From NCBI GenBank assembly GCA_964247055.1, contig OZ176052.1, positions 9,176,001 through 9,240,000 of the forward strand: a DNA stretch of 64,000 nucleotides. Direction: 5' to 3'. The translations under genes and the position numbers were made by a program. The notes under the pieces are model-generated. The model was not told the origin of the DNA and searched no databases. It was given only the letters and a program-made list of their open reading frames with translations. The DNA comes from Paragordius varius (lineage: Eukaryota > Animalia > Nematomorpha). This document shows, piece by piece, positions 11,620-23,274 of the stretch. Numbering within the stretch: the first letter of the stretch is position 1; each line of letters opens with the position of its first letter.

Positions 11620-12000
11620 TGAGAAATTATTACAATTTTGTTGTAAGTGCTCCATATCAGAAAGTGACAAAATTTGAGCATATTTTTTTGAATAAATTTG
11701 GTAAAGCTAAATGGTTTATTCAAAAAATATAAATACATCATACAATGCATATAAAAAACAAAATTTTTTTATATATATGTGGGCTTCAAAAGTGTCAATT
11801 TTTTTGCACTGCTAAAATGACTTAGTTTGCATAAAATAAACGCAAAAACTTCGACCGATAAAAATTTTGAAAACTAACACTATCATTTAAAAAATGCCCA
11901 TGTTTAAAAAAAATTATCATTGTTGAAGCGTACTTCATATTATTTTGAGGTTTGAAGGAAACGGTATAGAAACGCTTTAACCTTTTATATAACATCTTTC
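11620..12000 (-). mobile_element. Degenerate fragment of the family B element
   Basis: CCATATCAGAAAGTGACAAAATTTGAGCATATTTTTTTG is the reverse complement of the internal block at ~13990 and ~60510. Confidence 0.55.
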
Positions 12001-12211
12001 AATTCAATGATGCAGAATATATTTATTACCTCAGAGTTTTAATTAACACTCTACTGCATTTTCATTTTTTAGTCCTTGTTTACCTTTTGGGAAATTTCCC
12101 AAAGATACATTTTGTAAATAAACTACTGTTATGAAAGTTATTTTATTTACAATATATTTATTAAACATTGTTCTCATGTATTGAATATAAAAGCTCATTA
12201 TTAGAATTTAA

Positions 12212-13278
12212 CACTTCGATTCAAATTGGGTTATCTAAATACCCTGAAAGAAACAGTCTTAATTCAAATTTATACTTCTATCCTAAAAAAATTATATAAA
12301 TAAGGCATATTATCCAAATAAAATCTCATTTTGAAATAAAAGTTCCATGTCAAACTACTCGACACCATTTTTTTTTAATTTTGCAAAATATTGTATTTTT
12401 TTAATTTTTAAGATAAAATCAAAGCTAATTTTTTATTAAAATTACATCTAACATTGATAGAAATAAAAAAAGTATTTTGTATTATTTTTTAATTTAGCCG
12501 ATGCACAAATGTTACTTTGACTAAATTATTACCATTGAGTTTAACGTTAACACTTGAATACAAGACATTCATTTTAGTCTAATTCAAATTGGGGTTAGTT
12601 AAATACCCCAGGCCTGTTTAAAATTAAATTCAAAAAATATAGAAGGAATCGAAACCATGGCAAAATATTGCACTTATTATATAACATTAATAAACCGAAA
12701 TATATAAAAAAATTTATTCAAAATACTTGATATAACTTATTCTAAACCAAAACCGAAAGGTAAAAATTTGGTCAACGTGACATGTGTGTGTGCAATGGTA
12801 AAATTGAAAAATAATATAAAATAAACCGCTTTTTTCTATCAATGTTGACGTAATTAAAATAAAAAAAAATCTTAAATTAAAAATTTTGTAAAATAAAAAT
12901 GGCGTCGAAGTAGTTTGATATGGAACTTTTTTTCAAAACAAAAGTTTATTTAGATATTTTGGCATATTTATATATTTTTTATAAGGATAGAAGCATTAAA
13001 TTGTTACCGTTTAATTTAGTAGTTTTTAAAAATCCTAACTTAAATTTTGTCTAGGGTATTTAGATACCCCAATTTGAATCGAAGTGTTAAAATAAGTAAT
13101 ATCAAATATTTTTGAATAAAATTTTCTATATATTTAGGGGTTTTGATAATATATATGTGCAAAACTTTGCCATGGTTTCGATTCCTATTTTTTTAAGTAT
13201 TTAATTTCAAACAGGCCTGGGGTATCCAACTGCTCAATTTGAATCGAAGGATTGAAATGAATGTATTGTAACCAAGTG
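12212..13278 (+). mobile_element. piggyBac-like MITE family A, outer copy
   Basis: TTAA at 12208-12211 and 13279-13282; both halves align with 4060-4639. Confidence 0.88.
12551..13086 (-). mobile_element. piggyBac-like MITE family A, inner copy inserted in opposite orientation
   Basis: TTAA at 12547-12550 and 13087-13090; both ends are intact and the outer copy resumes with AATAAGTAATATC. Confidence 0.9.
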
Positions 13279-16200
13279 TTAATGACTTCCAGAGTCTTAA
13301 ATTCAGACAACTCCAAAACACGATTAAAACAAACAGCTGATATCAAAACCAAAATATATCAAATTTTTATTGGTAAACCGTAACCTGAAAGCTTTTTAAA
13401 TAAATTTTCTAGCCATTTTATACTTTTATTTGTCTCCTGAATTAGCAATTTAGAAAATATATAGAAAATGGCGGCAAAAAGGTTGAGATGGGAATTTTTT
13501 ACAATTTAAATTTTTAAAAAAAATTATGAGCCTAACGACTAAAGACATTCGAATTTTAATAGTTCTGGGTAATAAAACAAAACATCCCAAAATAAGGGAA
13601 AGAAATGCTAAGCATCATCAAATAATATAAAAAAAACTGTTTATTATATTAATTTAAAGCGTTTTTATATTCATCTCTTTATGCTTCAAAATATTTTTAA
13701 AGTAGATGTCAGCATAACTTTGCTAGATATTAAATTTTTGAAAAAAGTATAATATTTTAAGAAATCGTTTTAGTTGATATCAAAATTTCAAATTTTTCAT
13801 CTCCTATCTGTATTTTTTGATTATTTTAAGAGAATTAGCTAATTTTAGAAGAAAATTTGGGATTTTGGAGCTCACATCTAAAAATCAAATTTTTTAAAAA
13901 ATATTGCTCAGCTTTATATGCGGTAATATAGTTGAATGGTATTTTTGGAAAGCACTAGCTTTCACCAAAAAAAATTTACTTAAAAAAATATGCGCAAATT
14001 TTGTCATTTTCTAATATGGATTACTTACCACAAACGTGCAAATAACATTTTTAAATCACTTGAAAAGGCTAAAATCAAAAGGACTTTGATAATCTGATCC
14101 ATTTTCCTATCAGAATAATGTTTCACCGGTATGTTTTTAATGCTTCCGCCTCGGTAAGCAGTGTTATGATTATAAATTCTTTAACAATATGCGAATGATC
14201 GAACCAGAATTATAAGTTAAAATCAAAACCTATTTTTATTAAATATAAAAAATCAGTAAAGAAATTTCCAAATCAAACATAATTTTTGGATGTAAAACAA
14301 ATAAAAATCTACATAACATTTTTATTTATTATTTTTCTAAGCAATCAATAATAAGATAATAATTCCGAGGCATAGCAAAGCGCTTTTCGGGCCGCATTGC
14401 CATCCCTGGGCCGCGGTTTGTGTATAAGGTTAGATAGGTTGCCAGATTTAATCAAACAAAGTGGCGACCTTACAAAAATCAATTTGTTGCCAAATTCTAG
14501 TGTAATGCATTAAATAATTAAAATGTTTGCTAAAAAATTATTTGAAATTTAGCGTTTTCCAAATAAAAAAATTGACGACAAGTTAAGATAGCGATTTTCC
14601 ATTTAACGATTTAGATTAATATAATGTAACTACCAGGCCAAAGAAACATATTTTACGCTAATGTCGGTATATGATATTTTAATTTAAAACTTGGGGAAAA
14701 TATTAAAAATTAAGGCGTTTATAAGATGTCTATTTCTTTAATTTACACTTATACGAGATGTCCTTTGCGAAAACGCTTTCACAGCTGATTATTAGTATTT
14801 TGGCATTTTAATAATAAAATATTTGTGCATGTACACAAATAAAATATTTAAATCCATTTTTAATAAAATTAAGGATTTTTAAATCCATGTCCGATGGATT
14901 AATTTTTTTTAATATAATGCTTTATTTGTTAGTTAACTCCAAAACCTTTTGGGGTAATTTAATACCCCAGAGTGATATATAAATGATCTAAAAAAGTATT
15001 TAAGGCATTAAGCCGATTAAAATGTTTTCTTTACCCTTTAGGCGCATTACAAAAAAAATTTAAAAGATGTTAAGTTGTAAAAAAAATCCTTATCTAAAAC
15101 CTTTTCGCCGCCATTTTTTTATAATTACTTTAAGTTACTAATGCAACTAAATGTATATTTTGGTTAGAAGATGTAAATTATTAACTTTTAAAAGATTTTT
15201 ACATTTTATCAGTAAAAACTTTATAAATTTTCGTTTTAATATCAGCTGTTCGTATTAATCGTGGTGCTGTCTAAATTTTGACTCGTCACTAAACTGTTAA
15301 ATAAAGCTTTTTTATCCAATACATAAGAAAAATGTTGGATTAAATTTTAACTAAAATAACTTTCAAATAAATAGTTTATTTACAAAATTGAGTTTGGGGA
15401 TATAAAAATACCCCAATATATCAACTAGGACAAAAAGAGGTCATGAAATGGTAATAAATCGTGTAACAAGATAAAAATAACAATATATTTTCCAATTTTA
15501 AAAAGCTTCTTAAATATAATTTTTCTATTTAATTTATTTTGGTTAAATATATTTTTAATTACATTAAGAGATTAATATTGTTGATTGGATAAAAAAAAGT
15601 TTTTTTGACAAAAGCAGATTTTTTCGTGTCTACCTTAAAAACTTCATACTTGTTTACACTAGTATAATTTTTAATCTATACGCCAATTTAAGTTTTTAAA
15701 TAATAATTTTTCATGTATTATTTAATAATCTCATATTTTTAAAATAAATTCATAGTTTCCGGATCAATCGTATTTAAATTATTGCTCAACTAAGGCCCTT
15801 AAAGCAGATTTGTGGTGCGTTTTAAATTCACATAAATATGCTAATATTAAAGGTATTTGATTATTAGAATAATGTAGAAAGTTACTGCTTCACCCAATAA
15901 ATCTAATAAATGCACCAGAAATATTATTTATATAGACAATTTAGACAACTATTACAGTAACGTGAGCTATTATTGGTCATTAGGGTATTTTAATTGGCTA
16001 ATGTGGGATTTTATTTCCATGGTTGTTGATATGCATGATTTTTCATGTTTGTTAATTACATAGTTAGTATAAATTGCATAAAAATACAGTGGTACCTATT
16101 CACGATGTAAGCGAAATTTTTGCTGCAAATGAAAAAAACATGCCAACAGACAGGTATTTTAAATTTCCTTTTAGCCGCCTGAAACACTGAAATGGCTAAT

Positions 16201-18096
16201 AATTGTCATATATTGGGTTAAAATGTTCTTTTATTTTTCTTATTTGTAAATAGAGAGATTTATCATCTTTCATCAGATAAAAGTAGGAGTCACGTTGCCT
16301 ATAAAGAAAATAAAAGACCAAAAACTGATTATGATCAGTCATTTGTTTTTTATAATAATTCGTATTAATATTTATAGGTTAGTGTAGAAAATCGCTAATT
16401 TATTAAATTGTGTTCACGAAAAACTGAGGGAGAATTTGAATGAGTGAATGAGAAATTTGATTGTTATGTGGGTATATCTAATAAAAATAGTTAAATATCA
16501 AATGTCCAGCGCATTTGTATGTTAACACTTTCGTTTATTACTTTTAAAAAATGGCTTCCCGCTAAAACAAATTGAAAGACGTAATAGTTGAAACTATCAT
16601 TTATATATGCACATACTCAAACTTAAAAAGTTTTATTAAGATGAGAATAAAGCATTCAAGTAATAATTTTTTAAAATATAAAATAAATCCAATTGATACA
16701 TGTTTAATATTTGAAATAAAATATGATTTTTTATATAAATCATTTATTAATTATTGGGATAATTATAGAATAATTTATAAGTTATTTAACCGACCAAATC
16801 TGTTTTAATAGCCATAGAAGATCTCCTAGGACTTATTATGGTACTAATTTATATTTTATAACTTCATTACTCTATATAATTTTAGAATTAAAATGATGTT
16901 TTATGATATAGATATACAAATAATTGATTTGATTTAAATTACGATATTTAATAAGAAAATCCGTATTTAATAGTTCTGAAATATTTTAATATATGTAACT
17001 CAATTAGTTTGTGAACTTTTAATTTATATTTTTTTGATTTAATCATTATAATTAGTTAGAGAATGATTATTAAGGACAACGGTTGTCTAGGCAACTGGCT
17101 TCAGACTAAAGTAAATTAATAATTTTGTTTGATTCATGCTTTAAAATGTATTTTATTCATATAAACATGAAAAAATTATAATCAAAAGATTATGCGTTTG
17201 TATTGAAACATTATTGATACACCTGTTATTTTTAGGGTTTATACAGTTAATGACATTCCCTAAAACTGTTTGTTTTTTAGGACTATGAAGCGACTTAGCT
17301 AATAATTTTTTAAGCAAAAAATAATTGACCAAAAAAATTTATGAGCAATAAATAATACCTAAAAAATGATGAAACATGTCTAGGTTATTTTATAATACAA
17401 ACTTATATAATTCATTCCAATTAACCACTATTTTTAACCGTTTAAAACCTAAACTCTGAATAAAAATACTGAACCTGGGGAAATGTTGAACATTTATCCT
17501 AAAGTATTAATTAAAATTTAAATTTTAGCTAGATAAATGCAAAAAATTAATCTTCAAATGCGCATAATGCATATAAGATTGGTCATAAATTTGTGTTTGT
17601 ATAACGCTTTTAAATTCGAATTTGTGCATATTGTTGATTAAATTTCAGAAAATTTTTAAGGTCATAAGACAGAGTAAGGTTTATATTTAATAATTAATTT
17701 TTTATTTTGTCGAAATCGAGTTCCGTTGGACCGGGATGCCAAAAAAATCGGGAAAAAATTTTGATTGGAAATTTTATTTTGGCAAATAAAGCTATATTGC
17801 TCACACGATAATTATGCTAGAAACGTGGATCAAAAAACATAAGATAGGTTAAAGCGTGACCCACATATCTACTCAAAAAAATATTGGAAAATAATTATTG
17901 ATCAAGGTGAAAATTTGAATTAAAGACCGATGAACTAGCACAAACTTTAGGTATTTTATTTTGTTTCTCATTTTTTTCTCTTTTCTTTTTTCTCCATACA
18001 TTATTATACGTTTTAGGCGCTTATACATACTAATGTACATGCATAATATTAATAATGTGCGCGAGGGTTTCGGAACGGTCCGCACTCATTAATATA

Positions 18097-18108
18097 TAAA
18101 AAGGCTCA
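18097..18108 (+). promoter_or_regulatory. Candidate TATA box of the H1 gene
   Basis: TATATAAAAAGG ~230 nt upstream of the H1 ATG. Motif only; the background is AT-rich. Confidence 0.35.
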
Positions 18109-18328
18109 TGTTTTGTCCGTTCTGTAATCAGAATATTTTTATCTCTATTTTATTATCGACTTCAAGTCTTTTTAAAACTTTTTATTCGACAATAAAATTG
18201 ATTTCCTTTGCAAATTTTTATTTAAAAGTAGTCAATCCTTAGAAAATAACGACGATATAAACACTTCTTTAACTAATTCAACTACAAAGTTATCTAACGG
18301 TTTTATAAAACATCCTGAAAATACCACA

Positions 18329-19240
18329 ATGACTGAAATTAATGAAACTACCAATGTTGCCAATACCAATGAGGTTGACAGTGCTGCACCAAAAAAGAAA
18401 GGTCCAGGTCCCAAATCGGCAATGAAGAAATCGACTAAACCAGCCAAGGCTGCACCAGTCAAACCAAGCGCTACAACAACCAATGAAATGCCAATGGAAA
18501 AACCCAAAACAATTACACCCAAGAAAATTGGCAAAAAGCCTGCTAATGGCGGAGCCCATCCACCCTATTCAGAAATGATTTGCAAGGCTATCGCTGCACT
18601 CCACGATAAATCTGGATCATCCAGACAAGCCATCACAAAATACATTATTGCCAACTATTCTTTGGGGGATGATATGAAAGCCATAAACCACCATGTTAAA
18701 ATGGCGCTAAAAAAGACAGTTACTGTTGGCAAAGTTAAACAGGTAAAAATAGCCTTCTTTTTAATTATATATATATATATATATATTATGCATAATATAT
18801 AAATTATATTTATGATTACCTGTTTAATTTTTTAGTCGAAAGGCCTTGGCGCTTCAGGTTCTTTCAAAATGGGCGAAGTCAAGGTTGAAAAGAAAATTAA
18901 AAAGGTCAAGACATCTAAAACAGCGGTCAAGCGAATGAAGAAGCCAAAAGTTGCTGGTACTCCGACAAAACCTAAGACCAAAACAGCCACTAAATCACCA
19001 ATGAAAAAAATGGTCCCTAAGGCCAAAAAACCAAAAACGACAAAATCGGTTGGAGCAAAGAAGCCAAAAATGGCAACAAAAAAGATGACACCCTCAGTCA
19101 ATGAAACCACGAAACCAATCACCAAAACTATCACAAACAAACCCACAGTTGTCAAAAAAGTTACCACAAAATCAAAGCCCATAATGAAAAAGCCAGCAGG
19201 TCCAAAATCAATTATGAAGAAGGTTAAAATGTCCAAATAA
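18329..19240 (+). CDS. H1: Linker histone H1, 2 exons, 272 aa
   Basis: Exons 18329-18742 and 18836-19240 with a 93-nt GT-AG intron. Globular domain HPPYSEMICKAIAALHDKSGSSRQAITKYI...VKQ-SKGLGASGSFK; K/P/T-rich tails. Confidence 0.95.
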
Positions 19241-21329
19241 AAATGTTCCAACTTCTCTTATAAATATGATTCTCATTATATTGCAAACCTAGAATAATTA
19301 ACACATGTTTGTATCTATAATATTCAATATTATACAAAAACCTAATATATTTATTCATATCATTTTAACAAAGTTATATCGCATTATACAATAAATACTC
19401 CCGTCCATAATTCTTTTATTCACCATATCTTTAATAATATCATGGTAGGGGTGCTACTTTACCAAATGAGACCATGTTGTTAAATTGCACCTCATATGAT
19501 TTGGCATTGTAACCAAAACGGTTTCAGTTTCATGCACGTTATTTTGTCTGAAACCCCCCAAGTTTTTTAACAAAGGATTAACGTTTGCTATTTGAATAAT
19601 GTAGTGCAGGTTGATTGATCGGCCAAATTGTTCTGATTTCGATTTAATGTTTAATTACGTTTCATTTAAATTATTTTGTTCAATATATACAATCTATAAA
19701 TTTCATTATGTAAATGCATTTATAACACTTGAAGCAGTGATACTCACGAGGCCCAAAAAAGTTTTTTAATGGCCCTGAATTATTTATAATTTTGGATGTA
19801 CTTATTTAGAGTATAAATATCTCCAAATTTGTCAAACAGCTTTCGAATTTTTACGGGTATTATGGCCCTTCATATATTTTGGTGAGTACCATTTATTTAT
19901 TAATTTAAAGTACAAAAAACTATGCAATATTTGTCGATATTATATTTGCAGGCCCTTACAAAAAATATGCCCTTCAAAATTTGTTGGTTGCTCGTGACTT
20001 ATCTGATTTTAAATGCTGCCTGCCGAACTTGTTATAAATTTAAAATTGCCACGTTAAGCTCAAAATTTTCATGGGTATATAAACTTAAAATCTGGTTGCT
20101 ACCTTTAGCAGAAAAAATATTAATTTGATTCATAATACAGCGATATACTCATCAAAATATTAAAAGGGTCGCAAAAAATTTCGTTTTAGACTATAATACC
20201 GATAAAATTTTCATAGCTGTTTGATGACACATTTACAGATATTTATTTATACTAAAAAAATATATATCAAAAAATGTAATAATTCAGGGACATAAGAAGC
20301 ACTTTTAGGCCATGGCCTAGGGCCAGAGCAAGGAAGAATATTTGGAGATGGGCTTCAATTTTAGCAATAAAAAAATTAAATTATATTAGATTATTGCAAG
20401 CGATATATTTTATAAAATGTAGCAAATTCAAACTGGAAAATTATTAATTTATTAATGCCTTTAACCATAATATACCTTTTTAACGGCCCCACAACGTGGG
20501 ACAATAGGGGTTTAAACAAACACAGGTACACAAAAATATCCTTAGGACAAGGGTGACCAACACGCCGCTCTCCGATATGTGCGACCCGCGAAAAATTTGG
20601 AAAATTACTAAAATAGGAAATCCATAGACAAATTTTATGAATAAGTTTTTTCAATTAGCAACGATTGGTCAATAGTTATTAAAATACACAATTTTTTGGC
20701 GACGTCACCTTTATAATTTATAACAAATTTTTATGAAGATCATTATTATTAGCCTACCACTGCAATAAGTCATAGCTTTTCATATCAAGCAATAATGGCT
20801 TTATGAAACGAAAATTTTAAGAGGTCTCACACTATGACACGTGGTAAACAATGTCTTCTTAAAATTTGTCTCATAAAACCACCAATTGCTTGATAGGAAG
20901 TTGACTTCTGATTGTGATTGTAGGCTAATAATAATAATATTATGTTGTTTTTAAATAGTATTGTGTTTTTTTCCATTTTTTTTCAGTTTAAATTTAAAAC
21001 TAATAATGATTAATGACCATATATTTGTCAAATACGGGCCGCCTGATTTTTTGAGAAAATGCGGTCCGCGAAGCCATTTCAGACAACTTTCCAGAAAACA
21101 TGCTGGCCCATGAAGAGAAAATTTGCAATCCATTATGAATGCGTAGTCTAGCGACTTCTTTAATAGCTTCTTTCACTCACTCGTTCTGTAAAATGTCATT
21201 TGGTTCAAAAACCAATACAATATACTATACATGAAGATATATTTGTTTTCCCTTGATTTGAGAATTACTAGGAAATAGTAAAATCAAATACAAAAGTTTT
21301 TTTTAATTTACTCGATCTTAATCCATATA

Positions 21330-22650
21330 TAATATTAATAATAAGGTATTGGCTTTAATAATATTTTTCAAAAACGGGTAGTCCCCGTCAAATTCAAAAG
21401 CGGAAAATTTGTATTGAATTATAAATCTGCCAACTATTGTCGAGGCATTTAATTGTAAAGCCCCACAACTTATGAAAACAGTTTTTAGAAACAGAGAAGT
21501 CCTTTGAGATAATAATCCCACAAACGTGAGATCCATTAAACTAGATATTGTTTTTTACTTTCTCACGAATTCGCCGAACATAGTGGCCACTTTTTGTGGA
21601 TTCTACACTCCCACCGTATGACATTTTTTTGCAAAAATTAAGTCTTAAATTTTTTAATTCCTCTGCAAGTCATGAGACTATAACAAGTCAATTGTAGGTA
21701 TTCTTAGTTTAAAGGCAAAAGTTTTGTCCCAACTCATTTTTAGTTGCCGTATAGGGCACCCTCAGTAGCGCCACTATATAAAAATAACGTGGCTTGGAGC
21801 TAATTTCCGCCTAACTTATGATATTAAATAAAATATATGATGTAGTTTTCCATTAAGCAAAATTTTGTTAGCACTTTTTAAATAAAAAACTAGTTAAGGT
21901 TCCATCTGTAATGCCTAATATAAAATAACCTGTTGAGACATTTCAAAGCCATAAGACCATATAATATCTAACAATGTTTTTAAGTCTTACCGTATTAAAG
22001 CAAAGATTTCAGCCAATGCTTTCTTTAATTTTCCAGAAATCCAACCTATGTATATTACGCTGTAATGATAACATGTTTTGAAACAATATCTCATCTTATA
22101 TTAAATGGTTAAGAGTTCCTCCTATTAAGGCATTTAGTTAAATGTTTTTTAAGATTAGCCACTAGTAAGGCTCCAATCTATCTAAAATACGCGAGAATAT
22201 AGGAATTGTTTGAAACAAAATCCCATCCGAGTTTAGATACTATGATAATGCATATTAAAGAAAAAATGTCATCTAGCGCGTTTCTCAAATCAGGTACCAG
22301 GTAAGACTCGACCGTCTCTAAAATACGCCACCAAGTAATAAAGTAGATTTAAAGCCAATTTTAGGAAAATATATGAGACCTTATGATTATAAAAATGGTC
22401 TTAGTTTCCTGTATAAAGACACGCCTTTTTAAAGTAGCCGCTGAGTAGAACCGATCTCCGTATAATAGCCCATTATTAAAAAATAACCCATAGTTATGAG
22501 ACTATATAAAAATAGTAATGTTGTAAGTTTTCGCCGTATAAAGGCAAAAAATTTATTTAGGCTCTCTTTGATCGACCCCTGGGTTCCCCTATATTAAGTA
22601 CGCCACCTTATAAAAAACGTAACTGTCAAGCAATACCATGTAATATCAAT
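21330..22650 (-). repeat. Older, diverged relative of the 310-bp-subunit element
   Basis: Shares CAAATTCAAA..GAAAA, CAGTTTTTAGAAACAG, CGCCGAACATAGT, GCCACTATATAAAA..CGTGGCTTGGAGCTAATTT and AAATACGCCA blocks with 25430-27620, in the same order. Confidence 0.65.
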
Positions 22651-23274
22651 GTTTATGTTAATTTGTATTGCGATTGAGCTACTCACCCTTTTAATTACTT
22701 TCTGTGTTTATCCATAATGTTTACAATAAGGTATAAATATATTTTATGTTAGGTATTTTTTTTATATTAACATAAATATAAATATTTTAAATTTAAAAAT
22801 TTAAATTATCAATTTTATAAGGGCCTAGTTTTGATCTTTTTTACAACTACCGATTTTCATTGATGTTGAATATTCCCGTTAACGCATGTCAATTTCTATA
22901 ATTATAAAAACTTAAAAATACAGCCAATTGGTATTTAACATAAAAGCCGACTCAAATAATAAATAAATGATAATATTGCAAAACACTATCAGTACGATAA
23001 CAATTTTATTTTTAGATAAGCTAGAAAATAGGTAAAAACAAGGTACTGTAACAATTTTATTTAGCCTTCTATACAATATTTTGCTTATCTGTATGTTTTT
23101 ATATATGATGCAATAGTAATCAAAGCTAAAAGGTAATAATAATACAAATTTTATAACAATATTTATATAAACACCCTGTATCAGGCCCAGCAAAATTGTA
23201 TATACATTCTCCAACCTAAAAAACTTAATGATTATCCATTATTTTTGATTTTTCGCTCTAGCTTTATTTTCATA

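Larger units (their letters stand above)
12047..15463. mobile_element. Family B non-autonomous element with long imperfect TIRs and piggyBac-like TTAA-CACT end, interrupted by nested family A MITEs
   Basis: Left end TTAA(12043-46)-CACTCTAC..TTTTAGTCC..TTTTGGG. The block 13292-13550 is inverted at 14990-15283. The right end GGACAAAAAG...GTG lies at ~15463. The internal part is similar to 59284-61190. Confidence 0.6.

Noticed and set aside
14370-14475. Charlie-like GGGCCGC motifs and a tiny TAGGTTGCCAG...TGGCGACCTTA inverted repeat; similar fragments at ~19735-19890, ~20545-20600 and ~21020-21090
   Set aside because: Probably hAT MITE debris, but ends and TSDs could not be established.
18232-19251. 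Minus-strand ORFs 18232-18534, 18290-18559 and 18832-19251
   Set aside because: Antisense shadows of the Lys/Pro/Thr-rich H1 codons.
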